A stretch of DNA of 64,000 nt from Bacteroidales bacterium (GCA_024686335.1 JAILCI010000007.1:16869-80868), one strand, 5' to 3'; shown: positions 40,701-48,078, counted from the stretch's first letter. The notes: generated from the sequence alone by a model not told the origin. Numbers and translations are program-made.

Positions 40701-42341
40701 GTAGATGGTACAAAACGTCCTGCTACCTATGCTTTGACTGCTGGCGATCATACTGTTAAATACTATGTTACAACACAATGTGGTGACTATGTATCTAACC
40801 AAGTTACTGTTCATGCATTTGCAGAACCTACCGTTGCTGCTACAAATGTATTCGAAATCTGTGATGGTGACAAACTTACAATGCCGACTGCTCTTCAGTT
40901 GACATACGACTTAGATGGTGCTTCTCTGGTTTCTGAGACTTGGACAATTAATGGTGAGACTCTCGATTGGGATGCTGCATATCATTATGCTGACAGTGGT
41001 TCTACGATTGTTTATACAGTTGCAACCGCTTGTGCTGATGCTTATGTTAGTTGGATATTGGTTGTTCATCCTCTTCCTGTTCCTGAGATCCTTCAAGACA
41101 CTATCATCTGTCATGACGGTTCTACCACTTTGAGTACATCTGATTCTTATGTAACTTATCAGTGGTATCAGGATGGTACTGAAATTTCTGGTGCTAATTC
41201 TAATACCTATACAGTTAATGCTGGTGATCTTGCTGCAGAAGATGCATTCTATACCTACACTGTTGTTGTAACAGATGCTAATGGTTGTGAATCTACAACT
41301 GCAAATAATGTTTCTTACCAAGCACTTGATCCTACTGCTGTAACAGTACAAGTTACCGATGCTCCTCGTTTCGTATTCAAGTATGGTGGTGTTGAAACTC
41401 ACATTATCAACGATGTCGACATCGTTGATCCTGCAGATCCTGCTACTTTGAACAATGATCTCGTTTTCACTTGGGAAGTTGAGAATCCTTGCTACAATGA
41501 AGATACTTTGGTATATGTTACTTTCGATATCTATCATGAGGATACGCTTATCAGCAATACTACTATCGGTCAATACTTAACCAATACTAATATTCCTGGT
41601 ACATACAACCAATTCTGGAATACTTCTATTGGCTATGCATTCGAGTATGGTAGTTCTTATTCTCACACTACCCAAAGCTCACTCACTTATTATCAAACTG
41701 CTCAAGGTGGTGCAACATCCACTTATGACAACCACTTCCCGTACTCTAGAATCTTCGCTGGCGGTTCTACATTCGATGATGTTTATCTCCACTTCTTGGC
41801 TGATAACGTCTATACTCAGACTGTACGTCCGTTCAGAATTCCGGGTGAGTACAAGATCGTTTACCAGATTTACTCTACCAGCAATGTTGACGTTTACAAC
41901 TATCCGTATATGAATCAAGAAGATTCTACTTCAAGAATCATCGGTGGTTACAACTCAATTGTCTCTACTGCTATCCGTTCATTGTTAGCTCAAGATTCTA
42001 TCTATATCAATGTTTACGATATGGCGCCTCTTGCTTCTACTGTTGAGACTCCTACTATGGCTCCTATGACTCAGTTCAATGATGATCAACCTACTTTGAA
42101 GATTTACCCGAACCCGACTTCTAGCGAAGTTAACGCTGAGATCGAAGGTCTGACCGGTGAGACTACTATCCAAATTGTCAACCTGACTGGTTCTGTAGTT
42201 TCTACTGATAAGGTTAACATCCCTGCTTCTGGTAAGTATCTCTATCGTAGCACTGCTTCTGATCTGGCTCCTGGCATCTACTTCATGTACATCATCAATG
42301 ATAATGCCACTCTGTCTAAGAAGCTTGTTGTTAAACGCTAA
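31767..42341 (+). CDS. Giant (3,524 aa) T9SS-secreted cell-surface adhesin-like protein: SprB-type repeats, HYR/Ig-like modules, a cleaved-adhesin/choice-of-anchor-J-like module and a type A T9SS C-terminal domain
   Basis: One uninterrupted 10,575-nt ORF. Signal peptide MKKLLSICFLSILLAFLSFNVQAQ. Cys-bracketed Ig-like modules end in TVTDxxGC. HYR-like units (DTTAPVINGV...VTDNC...VTVTITDRCGN) are present. Nine units of about 80 aa have the form C..(D/N)G(T/K)I(T/S)(V/I)...GxYT...C. The C-terminus LKIYPNPTSSEVNAEIEG...GIYFMYIINDNATLSKKLVVKR is a Por secretion tail. Confidence 0.9.
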   Translation: MKKLLSICFLSILLAFLSFNVQAQTTSSCCFWLENLQPQTLHDIANVPGGGAAHLPGTGGDVVLNNTMNPVLHGIDPATGQCQQTDFYRVRFANTCNLPAGTKVSLEWKLYRDGELVNGNLSDYADFRIYTRYQRLENDPDPLSAGQPVPHATIPWLGGRVIESLGGCFDTHNHVTGLNYDVAGYPGAFQVEPLPYEFANTSFGADGSIFIANEMALDYFNLPFFESTDHVIVICWKQVGNYSLVVGLRERLYGTDWPTLYWTDEEGNPMGSIGGHESHCGALLAQDSIHYLVETDYKKAVCDGETWDFGSPTATFSVENPYLVIFGENECDHFRVDSLVHLDFYTRINPDIVANDFEICVGLPLPADSVAAHAPAVDTDAPGILDYYISWSQDGTTWTQTTPSYDAVEVGTYTWYVQQTNHYDSVTPDDFECSGEIDTLTITVKPLYPPVIDPAQFEFCYNEMPTTLAVPASYDSREECATGIVWQFGTTNLDTLADGESYNVNMATYFTQNVNKTQTFNVFTTNGYANSLPTVVTVVVNASPELIGDNSQVNETLCPNGSALLKTQFTDDNIAQTNSTIAYYWTRNNVAINENTASITGYAPNACTGSNTYVVTAIATSDAGCKDTLTRTFVLTAQDTNAIVVTPKPSTETNITISGCDTTVSAFVNGIRTLADLENLLNINDHCSNLAEVHYTANVTAAACSTVVTRTYILEDECGNVSNPYVETWTIVNNYKPVVTGLSEMHFVRIPECKYEVPALQVLVDSFNVHNTVTYECTPNSISNYAFYLDANATVSAPGHEIFADNAPYVNIYAVITDACGNKSVPTHVFTIYRPLPMAITDGAITALPSDICLHDTVFLEFDYSHVINATPFVNAANEQYYVYEWTANPNDGSIIYHTSPHAQGVPATPNTDYTYTMTVTDFYGCQASVSAAPVHVHGLPTVAIEEIILNGSQFPLCPNYGNLTIHSITTPGNGGTIVSHTWSGESVNLPLEANMDTTFVTILPDSCNKTYTAYLTVANNDGCLASTSYSFDVVDTTAPVINGVANEVILDPTTNCKLLVPNLALMFNPNNVTDNCYGFGNLTITQNVPAGNLVDGGTDVTVTITDRCGNATTHVITLNSSAPLAITITADNDEICQGEAVNLTTAVENEVIPVIYTWNTGSHNANVSVLPTESNHVYVVTVTDNIGCSAKATIDILVHHTPVAADVTLTQTANTYCENDDNIYDGTISIAANHADVNAYRMSGETEWHDLTYVYTGLQEGTYTFDLKTIYDCESDQIVSIAVQRDTVVVVPVTTTTANAWCVAPYDGTITITNPQVGYTYEIINLPNSDVTYESGDMIYENLPYGHYSIHVTTDKYCTYVKEDVIVDSARVYPIVTVTTTPKTRCDEPDGTITVTNAVAGTTYTVGETSIEGAPAVFSNLNSGSYTLTAVTEFGCSKNFNVNVNSTTEDPVEPITVIVNNTVCDQYITPNGTLTINAPISGFTYTLNGETIVSDGTALTFDSLGTWGADATYALTILSNLGCSSTFSQTVPNVPVYPTFAVNEISLTNNTNCEATTPNGKITIANVSGYTYAVYEKVNVGGSITEVLLTSTEELAAGQYRIVKRNIATGCEVDTNVTINFVKPVYNWSVATTPDQNCDLVLGNGTITVNSATANYIFTLLNGTTIVATNNTGAFTNLNGVVTYNLTAYNTATTCSYDTTVKVMTNHVYPDLTIASSANHNCKEEKDGVITVTNSGAAVTPITYTLSDASGVVVATNTTGVFTGVNSGSYTIDAVSAMNCGVSEVETVVDSAFLPALVMHATPNTMCAPTFEKPGNGTIVVTAPMSTDYIYYFENNSEPNVLDTVGYFTPDSYVMYWLMTDHYTVHVYDPVTGCSLEGGIDVPHADVEVNFTADVIDNVNCEGPYTGIIVLNATSENPDADFVYSIDGVNYGSNNMFQNLAAGTYTIYVKDLDLGCSYTAANIVVEDSTEFKPIINIDGNNVYCLNSEGQLIASATSTLPGDTVFTYSWYSVCTGTTDGPIQNIYTGHAGMCTYYITVVSEMTGCTSIDSINVEVEPNPNITFLIDGNVTHEEELNICHNDFPVNLGVDPTNLVSFLWSNQATTSNFDITLPNGNYCFFTVTVTDQYGCQNVDSIGIYSMPTYATTFEDTVCFASSSSVVLSEDFSGSISDWTLVDTEDGTGLYYGTFRFKWGYNPPQYLISPEFELPQDGLLEFDYYNNDDYYPESFQVGFSSTTNATESFSWSETVYASDEELHTYQTSVPSGTKYMAIKLLSYDKFYLNVDDIVITFTTDYNSFAESDATVYSGAPAFHPAQHYTYIDSLQTIYGCDSIMTHNVTVATAPALTLASNIVTTYCAGDATENFNVTIEDNNSTVTAQGWDISTDGGSTWQVFNPAAPVTYAMNGAIVRAYATNSCGTGFATTTLVVNDKPTVNPLVATEPVEYCTGDAITAKLTVPTYTCNHTGTCTGAWVYSQSGDPDSWTEVTSGNVSVTMDGGYLAYQVTNDCGSTVSNPVQIVVDTRLDVAIQPATICKGTVLDASIMNLVVSGITTTAPALDTTFLPAAPTATGNVSVRVENKCGYAYDNVTVTVNDKPSMGQLAQTGTCVDAFALSIPVINWNGTVGDSTLQVMNGNTWSNTTVAALANINNDGKSIRYKATNSCGTTFSNVIQLTITDEPTVALAVDHSLVCQGSSVKLTATPNWSNAQGTLAFEHSTDGQTYAAINTNSNPATVVMNDAGTHYFRVIADNACSATGVVSNVVTVTVEPTPVLQQLPTIVICNNAQPVSYQINTNRNISITGAPSWITYDSEDATVTITPNTDIAAGTYTFTVTTLTDACEAVSVVDTVVMNSIPEIVTFEVNKELFCIGDTLTLNSHIEFHADNQVSALIHTYRGETLVTDYADPFIISILDTNLRIVLAAGNPCGSVSSTINVNVSAPVSLTIAGVDTCSGMPVSNFVPAPSYTLYGQTVVEAEGWIVDGTKRPATYALTAGDHTVKYYVTTQCGDYVSNQVTVHAFAEPTVAATNVFEICDGDKLTMPTALQLTYDLDGASLVSETWTINGETLDWDAAYHYADSGSTIVYTVATACADAYVSWILVVHPLPVPEILQDTIICHDGSTTLSTSDSYVTYQWYQDGTEISGANSNTYTVNAGDLAAEDAFYTYTVVVTDANGCESTTANNVSYQALDPTAVTVQVTDAPRFVFKYGGVETHIINDVDIVDPADPATLNNDLVFTWEVENPCYNEDTLVYVTFDIYHEDTLISNTTIGQYLTNTNIPGTYNQFWNTSIGYAFEYGSSYSHTTQSSLTYYQTAQGGATSTYDNHFPYSRIFAGGSTFDDVYLHFLADNVYTQTVRPFRIPGEYKIVYQIYSTSNVDVYNYPYMNQEDSTSRIIGGYNSIVSTAIRSLLAQDSIYINVYDMAPLASTVETPTMAPMTQFNDDQPTLKIYPNPTSSEVNAEIEGLTGETTIQIVNLTGSVVSTDKVNIPASGKYLYRSTASDLAPGIYFMYIINDNATLSKKLVVKR
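35385..37670 (+). other. Block of nine SprB-repeat-like modules within the giant ORF
   Basis: Motifs: YCENDDNIYDGTISI, WCVAPYDGTITITN, RCDEPDGTITVTN, VCDQYITPNGTLTIN, NCEATTPNGKITIAN, NCDLVLGNGTITVN, NCKEEKDGVITVTN, MCAPTFEKPGNGTIVVT, NCEGPYTGIIVLN. Each is followed by a G(S/T/H)Y(T/S) strand and a closing Cys. Boundaries are approximate. Confidence 0.6.
38244..38639 (+). other. Cleaved-adhesin / choice-of-anchor-J-like module embedded mid-protein
   Basis: VVLSEDFSGSISDWTLVDTEDGTGLYYG...YLISPEFELPQDGLLEFDYYNNDDYYPESFQVGFSSTTNATESF...YMAIKLLSYDKFYLNVDDIVITF parallels the gingipain/HagA adhesin-domain pattern: eDFe....W..iDaDGDG..W, then yLItP...l......l.F, then e.y.V..Sstg. Judged by eye. Confidence 0.5.
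42096..42338 (+). other. T9SS C-terminal sorting domain (type A, Por_Secre_tail)
   Basis: The last 81 aa read LKIYPNPTSSEVNAEIEGLTGETTIQIVNLTGSVVSTDKVNIPASGKYLYRSTASDLAPGIYFMYIINDNATLSKKLVVKR. This matches the canonical YPNP...G.Y.......kklv.k layout. Confidence 0.85.
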
Positions 42342-42360
42342 TTCTAAACACTAAATATGT

Positions 42361-42392
42361 AAGGGAGTTGTGATCTCGCAACTCCCTTTTTT
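42361..42392 (+). terminator. Rho-independent terminator after the giant gene
   Basis: A 10-bp stem, aagggagttg (42361-42370) with caactccctt (42379-42388), encloses an 8-nt loop. The T-run continues to 42392. Confidence 0.75.
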
Positions 42393-42401
42393 ATTGCTTA
42401 T

Positions 42402-44195
42402 ATGAAATACAACAACCTTTTCGCTCGATTTGTAAAGCCCTACCTCGGTAGGATGGTTGTTGTATTTCTTTTTAATGTATTATCAGTGTCGGCCTCTATT
42501 CTGGTTTTTATGATGATAGAGCCCTTCACCAAAATTCTTTTTCAAGGATCGCTTGAAAATTTAAGCCCTATCTCCTCTTTTGTTGTTGACCATTTGTCTC
42601 GTTTCTTCTCGTTTGATAATTCTTCTCATTCAGTTCTGATATTAGTAGTATTTGTTTTGTTGCTCTATTTGTGCAAGACTCTTTTCTACTATCTTTCACA
42701 GTGGGTCATGGCTCATGTTCGCAGTCATGTTATTGCCACTATGAGATCTAATATTTATTCTAAGATTTTGAGTCTCTCAGTCGGCAATCTAAGTCATCAA
42801 AGAAGAGGTGATATTGTCTCGAGAGCTGTCAGCGATACGCAGGAGGTTGAGTTTACTATTCTTACTGCGATAAGGCAGCTTTTAACCGAGCCGATAACAC
42901 TTATTATCTACCTTGTTATTCTTTTTTACATCTCTGTTCCTCTATCTCTAACTACTTTACTCTTCTTGCCTGTATCCTTTGTGCTTATCGGTTTGGCAAC
43001 ATCTCCTTTGCGAGCCAATGCCCGCACTTCAAAGCAGCGTCTCGGTTCACTCCTCTCCTTCGTTGAAGAAACTATAGGTGGTCTTAGAGTCGTAAAAGGT
43101 TTAAATGCTTTTACTGAAGTCGATGATAGATTTCATTCTCTTAATAGACAATTCACTAAGACACAGAAGAAGATTTATCGTCAGGTTGATATGGCTTCAC
43201 CGCTCAGTGAATTTTTCGGCGTTGTTGCGGTAATGGTTGTCTTAGTTGTTGGAGGTGTGATGGCTTTAAATCCTGCTAATCCCTTGACCCCACCGTTATT
43301 TATTACCTATATTGCTATGGTTTCGCAATTGGTGCCCCCGGTTAAGAATCTTTCTACCGGTCTAGCTAACTTTAAGCGCGGAAGATCTGCCCTTGATCGT
43401 GTTGATGAGATTCTAAATGCTGATGAGATGGTTAAGGAGTCGCCTGTCGCGATACCTGCGACTGATTTCAAAAGTTCTATTTCCTTTCAAGATGTCTCAT
43501 TCAATTATGGTGACAAAGATGTCATCACCCATATCAATTTCACACTTCCGAAAGGTCGATTTATTGCTTTGGTAGGTGAGTCTGGATCCGGAAAGTCCAC
43601 CATGGCTGATTTGCTAATGCGATTCTATGATCCGTCATCGGGTAAGATTCTTCTTGATGGTCGCGATGTCAAGGATTTCACATTAGCATCTTATCATTCT
43701 TTGTTTGGTTTTGTATCCCAAGATGTGGTTCTCTTTAATGATACATTATATAATAACCTTACGTTAGGAATTGAAAATGTTTCAGAAGAGAGCATTGAAG
43801 AAGCACTGCGTATTGCTGATATCTATGATTTTGTGCATGAACTTCCAGGCGGTCTTCAATATAATTTGACTGATAGAGGTCTGAATCTCTCTGGAGGCCA
43901 GCGGCAGCGTATTAGCATTGCACGTGCGGTACTTCGTAAAGCACCGATTCTTGTTTTGGACGAAGCAACATCAGCCATGGATACACAATCTGAGCAGTCT
44001 TTTATGAAGGCTCTCAACAATTTAAAACAGGACCACACTATGTTGGTCATTGCGCATCGTCTGTCCACCATCCGGCAGGCCGATTGTATTTATGTTATGG
44101 AAAATGGCAACTTTGTTCAGGAGGGAACGCATGATTTTCTGAAAGATCTGGATGGTAAATATAAAATGTTGTTGACTATTAATGAATTAAGATAA
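42402..44195 (+). CDS. ABC transporter permease/ATPase fusion (MsbA-like lipid/multidrug exporter)
   Basis: 597 aa. A six-TM ABC_membrane domain is followed by an NBD with Walker A GESGSGKST, signature LSGGQRQRISIA and Walker B LVLDEATSAMD. Confidence 0.9.
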   Translation: MKYNNLFARFVKPYLGRMVVVFLFNVLSVSASILVFMMIEPFTKILFQGSLENLSPISSFVVDHLSRFFSFDNSSHSVLILVVFVLLLYLCKTLFYYLSQWVMAHVRSHVIATMRSNIYSKILSLSVGNLSHQRRGDIVSRAVSDTQEVEFTILTAIRQLLTEPITLIIYLVILFYISVPLSLTTLLFLPVSFVLIGLATSPLRANARTSKQRLGSLLSFVEETIGGLRVVKGLNAFTEVDDRFHSLNRQFTKTQKKIYRQVDMASPLSEFFGVVAVMVVLVVGGVMALNPANPLTPPLFITYIAMVSQLVPPVKNLSTGLANFKRGRSALDRVDEILNADEMVKESPVAIPATDFKSSISFQDVSFNYGDKDVITHINFTLPKGRFIALVGESGSGKSTMADLLMRFYDPSSGKILLDGRDVKDFTLASYHSLFGFVSQDVVLFNDTLYNNLTLGIENVSEESIEEALRIADIYDFVHELPGGLQYNLTDRGLNLSGGQRQRISIARAVLRKAPILVLDEATSAMDTQSEQSFMKALNNLKQDHTMLVIAHRLSTIRQADCIYVMENGNFVQEGTHDFLKDLDGKYKMLLTINELR

Positions 44196-44857
44196 TGTCC
44201 AAAAACAAGTTAGCTCGTTTTGCCGAGAACAAGACATTCGGTAATCTTTTTCAGCATACAGACTATGATCGTGAGAATCCGAACTTTCCTCTAAAGGGGA
44301 AATGGCGTAGCGATTATTTTCATAACGACAATCCTATTGTTTTGGAGTTGGGATGCGGTAAAGGCGACTATACCATAGCTCTGGCGACGAGAAATCCAGA
44401 CATAAACTATATAGGTATTGACCGTAAGGGTGCTCGCTTGTGGCGTGGATGTAAGACTGCTTTAGAGGCAGAGATGCACAATGTTGCTTTTTTAAGAATT
44501 ACCATTGATAAGTTATCTGAATATTTTGCGTCCGGTGAGGTAAATGAGATTTGGGTGACATTTCCCGATCCGCAAATCAAGAGTGAGCGTAAGCGACTGG
44601 TTTCACCGCGCTTTGTCGGTTATTATCGTAATATTTTAAATGACGGTAGGGGAGTGATCAACCTCAAGACTGACAGTCGTGAGTTATATAGTTACGTAAA
44701 GGAGAGTGCAGAAGGTTATGGATGGCATATTTTAGTTGATGTTGAGAATGTTTATCAGGAGGAGTGCGATCCTATTTTGACGGAGGTACAGACCTTTTAC
44801 GAGCAGATGTGGTTAGCAGAAGGGCGCACCATTTCTTACCTGAAAATAGAGGTTTAA
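44195..44857 (+). CDS. trmB: tRNA (guanine-N7)-methyltransferase TrmB
   Basis: 220 aa. LELGCGKGDYTIALA (SAM motif) and ...FPDPQIKSERKRLVSP are typical of TrmB. It overlaps the upstream stop by 1 nt (TAATG). Confidence 0.85.
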   Translation: MSKNKLARFAENKTFGNLFQHTDYDRENPNFPLKGKWRSDYFHNDNPIVLELGCGKGDYTIALATRNPDINYIGIDRKGARLWRGCKTALEAEMHNVAFLRITIDKLSEYFASGEVNEIWVTFPDPQIKSERKRLVSPRFVGYYRNILNDGRGVINLKTDSRELYSYVKESAEGYGWHILVDVENVYQEECDPILTEVQTFYEQMWLAEGRTISYLKIEV

Positions 44858-44908
44858 AATTGTCATGAAAAAAAATAAAAATAATATTTTGTAGAATAAA
44901 AAAAATAC

Positions 44909-44916
44909 TATATTTG
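44909..44916 (+). promoter_or_regulatory. -7 promoter box (TATATTTG) with an upstream TTTG (-33-like) for the secE-nusG-rpl operon
   Basis: tatatttg at 44909-44916, with TTTG at 44888-44891 (17-nt spacer). The ATG of secE is at 45099, which implies a leader of about 175 nt. Confidence 0.45.
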
Positions 44917-45098
44917 CCAACTTATTGGAGAATCGGCAAAAGGGATGGGAATAATTGTTGGCAGATATCTGTAATAAGCTGAATAACTGACACTTATAGG
45001 GTTGACTTTTGAACAATTGAATGTTTGTTAGGGGTGTTGAAATTGTCAGTTTTTGAGAGAGAATTATCTAAAATAACGAAAAATAAAAATACAAAGAG

Positions 45099-45287
45099 AT
45101 GAAAATAGTGAATTATTTTAAGGACATGTATGAAGAATTGGTTCACAAGACAACGTGGCCAACCATGCAGGAACTTGGAAATAGTGTGATTGTGGTATCC
45201 ATTGCTTCCCTTATAATCGCGTTAATCGTGTTTTTGATGGATTTCATTTTCAATATGGGCATGAATCTCATGTTCCCAGCTATTTAA
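45099..45287 (+). CDS. secE: Preprotein translocase subunit SecE
   Basis: 62 aa. ELVHKTTWPTMQEL is followed by a single TM helix, and the gene sits immediately upstream of nusG. Confidence 0.85.
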   Translation: MKIVNYFKDMYEELVHKTTWPTMQELGNSVIVVSIASLIIALIVFLMDFIFNMGMNLMFPAI

Positions 45288-45327
45288 TTTCTTTGTAGTC
45301 GGTAATATATCCTTAAATAACTAAGTT

Positions 45328-45882
45328 ATGGCAGAAGCTGATCGTAAGTGGTATGTAATCAAGGCTATAACCGGTTCTGAGAAGAAGGTGAAGAACAACA
45401 TCGAGATCGAGTTGGAGATCACTGGAAAGACGGACATGGTTCCAAGAGTTTTGATTCCCACTGAGAAAGTTTACCACACCACCAAGAGTGGCAAGAAGGT
45501 TTACACGGAGCGTAATTATTTTCCGAGTTACATCTTTGTTGAAGCGGAGATGACAGGAGAGATTAGAGCTTTGTTGTTGAATGTTCCTGGTGTTCTGGGT
45601 TTTGTGGGTTGCAAGCGCAAGACGGATCCTCCGGTAGCATTGCGGCCTGTAGAGGTATCCCGCCTGTTAGGCAAGGTTGATGAATTGATGTCTGAGGACA
45701 GCGCATTCATACAGCCGTTTGTCGTGGGTGAGGAGATCAAGGTTATTGACGGACCTTTCAACACTTTCAATGGTATTATCGAGAGTATCGATACCGAGAG
45801 AAAGAAGCTGAAGATTATGGTGAAAATCTTTGGCCGTAAAACTCCAGTCGAACTGAATTTTATGCAGGTTGAAAAAATATAG
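45328..45882 (+). CDS. nusG: Transcription termination/antitermination factor NusG
   Basis: 184 aa. NGN domain KWYVIKAITGSEKKV and C-terminal KOW motif VGEEIKVIDGPFNTFNGIIESID. Confidence 0.95.
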   Translation: MAEADRKWYVIKAITGSEKKVKNNIEIELEITGKTDMVPRVLIPTEKVYHTTKSGKKVYTERNYFPSYIFVEAEMTGEIRALLLNVPGVLGFVGCKRKTDPPVALRPVEVSRLLGKVDELMSEDSAFIQPFVVGEEIKVIDGPFNTFNGIIESIDTERKKLKIMVKIFGRKTPVELNFMQVEKI

Positions 45883-45925
45883 TGCCGACACAATTAGTTA
45901 CAAACAATTATAATTTTTAAAAACA

Positions 45926-46375
45926 ATGGCAAAAGAAGTAGCTGGCTTAATTAAGTTACAAATCAAAGGAGGTGCCGCCAATCCGTCACCGCCAGTAGGA
46001 CCTGCCTTAGGTTCAAAGGGCGTGAACATTATGGAATTTTGCAAGCAGTTCAATTCTCGTACGCAGGATTTAGCTGGCAAGATCATTCCAGTAGTGATTA
46101 CGGTCTATAAGGATAAATCCTTTGACTTTATCACGAAGACGCCGCCGGTAGCAGTCCAGATCAAGGAAGCTGCCAAACTTCAAAAGGGTTCAGGTGAGCC
46201 TAACCGTAACAAGGTTGGTACCATCACTTGGGATCAGGTACGTGCTATTGCTGAGTTGAAGATGCCGGATTTGAACTGTTTCGAGATCGAGTCCGCCATG
46301 TCAATGGTAGCAGGTACTGCCCGTAGTATGGGTGTCAATGTTAAAGGTGGTCAGAATCCCTTTGAGCAAAATTAA
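45926..46375 (+). CDS. rplK: 50S ribosomal protein L11
   Basis: It starts [43 protein letters not shown]. Confidence 0.97.
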   Translation: MAKEVAGLIKLQIKGGAANPSPPVGPALGSKGVNIMEFCKQFNSRTQDLAGKIIPVVITVYKDKSFDFITKTPPVAVQIKEAAKLQKGSGEPNRNKVGTITWDQVRAIAELKMPDLNCFEIESAMSMVAGTARSMGVNVKGGQNPFEQN

Positions 46376-46397
46376 TTAACCCGTAAAATCAAATCAA

Positions 46398-47093
46398 ATG
46401 GCAAAAATATCCAAAAAACGCAAAGAGGCTTTTGCTAAATACGATCGGAGCAAGCTCTATGCCCTGCCGGAAGCAGTACAAATGGTGAAGGACATTACTT
46501 TCACCAAGTTTGATGCTTCATTCGATATCGACGTCCGCCTGGGCGTAGATCCTCGAAAGGCTAACCAGATGGTACGTGGTATCGTCACGCTGCCTCATGG
46601 TACCGGTAAGGAAGTTAGAGTACTTGTACTCTGTACTCCTGACAAGGAGGAAGAGGCAAAGGCTGCGGGAGCTGATTACGTAGGTTTGGAAGAATACGTT
46701 GACAAGATCAAACAAGGTTGGACCGATGTTGACGTTATCATCACCATGCCGAGCGTAATGCCGAAGATCGGTGCCCTTGGTAGAGTGCTGGGTCCCCGTG
46801 GTTTGATGCCGAACCCCAAATCAGGAACTGTCACGATGGAAATCGGTAAGGCTGTCACCGAGGTGAAGGCTGGTAAGATTGACTTCAAAGTTGACAAGTA
46901 CGGTATCATCCATTCTTCAGTGGGCAAAAACCGCTTCACTGCCGAGCAACTCACCGAGAACGTACGCGAGATGATGAACACCATTATCAAGCTGAAACCG
47001 ACCTCTGCAAAAGGTACTTATATCAAGAGTATCTACCTCTCTACAACAATGAGTCCTGGTGTACAGGTTGACCCTAAAACAGTTTCGTTATAA
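46398..47093 (+). CDS. rplA: 50S ribosomal protein L1
   Basis: 231 aa, containing [30 protein letters not shown]. Confidence 0.97.
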   Translation: MAKISKKRKEAFAKYDRSKLYALPEAVQMVKDITFTKFDASFDIDVRLGVDPRKANQMVRGIVTLPHGTGKEVRVLVLCTPDKEEEAKAAGADYVGLEEYVDKIKQGWTDVDVIITMPSVMPKIGALGRVLGPRGLMPNPKSGTVTMEIGKAVTEVKAGKIDFKVDKYGIIHSSVGKNRFTAEQLTENVREMMNTIIKLKPTSAKGTYIKSIYLSTTMSPGVQVDPKTVSL

Positions 47094-47110
47094 TCAAAAG
47101 TTTAGTTAGT

Positions 47111-47626
47111 ATGAAAAAAGAACAGAAAGGTCAAATTATAGAAGAGATTGCTCAGGACTTGGCTAACTATGCTAATGTATATGTAATCGACATTGCAGGG
47201 TTTACCGTTAGTACTGTCAATCAGTTGCGCAGAAACTGTTTCAAACGCGACATCAAGTTGAAAGTGGTGAAGAACACCCTTTTGAAGCGCGCCATGGATC
47301 AGTCCGCATCCGATTACTCTGAACTTTACGATACTTTGCACGGTTCATCCGCCATCATGCTTTGTAACACCGGTAATGCACCGGCCAAGCTGATCAAGGA
47401 ATTCCGCGCCAAGAACGCAAAGCCGATCATCAAAGCTGCCTTCATTGAGGAGACCGCTTACATCGGAGACGAGAACTTGGAGGCTCTGTGCCACATCAAG
47501 TCCCGCGAGGAATTGCTCGGTGACATCATCGGGCTCTTACAATCACCTGCCAAGAATGTCATTTCGGCATTGCAGTCCGGTGGTGGTAAGTTAGCAGGTA
47601 TTGTGAAAACATTATCTGAAAGATAA
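47111..47626 (+). CDS. rplJ: 50S ribosomal protein L10
   Basis: 171 aa, in the expected position between rplA and rplL. Contains VSTVNQLRRNCFKRDIKLKVVKNTL. Confidence 0.95.
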   Translation: MKKEQKGQIIEEIAQDLANYANVYVIDIAGFTVSTVNQLRRNCFKRDIKLKVVKNTLLKRAMDQSASDYSELYDTLHGSSAIMLCNTGNAPAKLIKEFRAKNAKPIIKAAFIEETAYIGDENLEALCHIKSREELLGDIIGLLQSPAKNVISALQSGGGKLAGIVKTLSER

Positions 47627-47678
47627 AAAAATCAATAAAGTCAATTAATTTAGTAAAAACAATTAAAAAATAAACATC

Positions 47679-48056
47679 ATGGCAGATTTAAAAGCATTTG
47701 CAGAACAATTAGTAAACCTGACCGTTAAGGAAGTTAACGAATTAGCTCAGATTTTGAAAGACGAATACGGCATTGAGCCCGCTGCAGCCGCAGTTGCAGT
47801 AGCCGCTGGTCCCGCCGCTGGCGCAGGTCCTGCTGCTGAAGAGAAGACCGAATTCGACGTTATTCTGAAAGCCGCTGGCGCTCAGAAACTTCAGGTTGTT
47901 AAGTTGGTGAAGGAACTCACCAGCCTCGGCCTCAAAGAAGCTAAGGAATTAGTTGACGGTGCTCCCAAAGCCGTTAAGGAAGGCGTCTCCAAAGACGAAG
48001 CTGAGTCCCTCAAGAAATCCCTCGAGGAAGTCGGCGCTGAAGTGGAGATTAAATAA
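47679..48056 (+). CDS. rplL: 50S ribosomal protein L7/L12
   Basis: 125 aa with an Ala-rich hinge and the C-terminus [23 protein letters not shown]. Confidence 0.97.
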   Translation: MADLKAFAEQLVNLTVKEVNELAQILKDEYGIEPAAAAVAVAAGPAAGAGPAAEEKTEFDVILKAAGAQKLQVVKLVKELTSLGLKEAKELVDGAPKAVKEGVSKDEAESLKKSLEEVGAEVEIK

Positions 48057-48078
48057 TTGTTCCCACTTTTATCACAAT

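Noticed and set aside
31848-41573. A series of long antisense ORFs inside the giant gene (for example 31848-32636, 33357-34049, 34359-35258, 36687-37421, 38592-39656 and 40911-41573, up to 354 aa).
   Set aside because: For the four I checked arithmetically (31848-32636, 33357-34049, 34359-35258, 38592-39656), the ORFs lie in the antisense frame that is codon-aligned with the sense ORF. They stay open only because the sense gene almost never uses TTA, CTA or TCA codons. Their products are Ser/Asn/Arg/Ile-rich nonsense with no start context or promoter. They are shadow ORFs.
44813-45016. A 67-aa minus-strand ORF in the trmB-secE spacer.
   Set aside because: The product is AT-rich and Phe/Leu-rich. 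The ORF overlaps the trmB 3' end and the secE promoter. Nothing supports it as coding.
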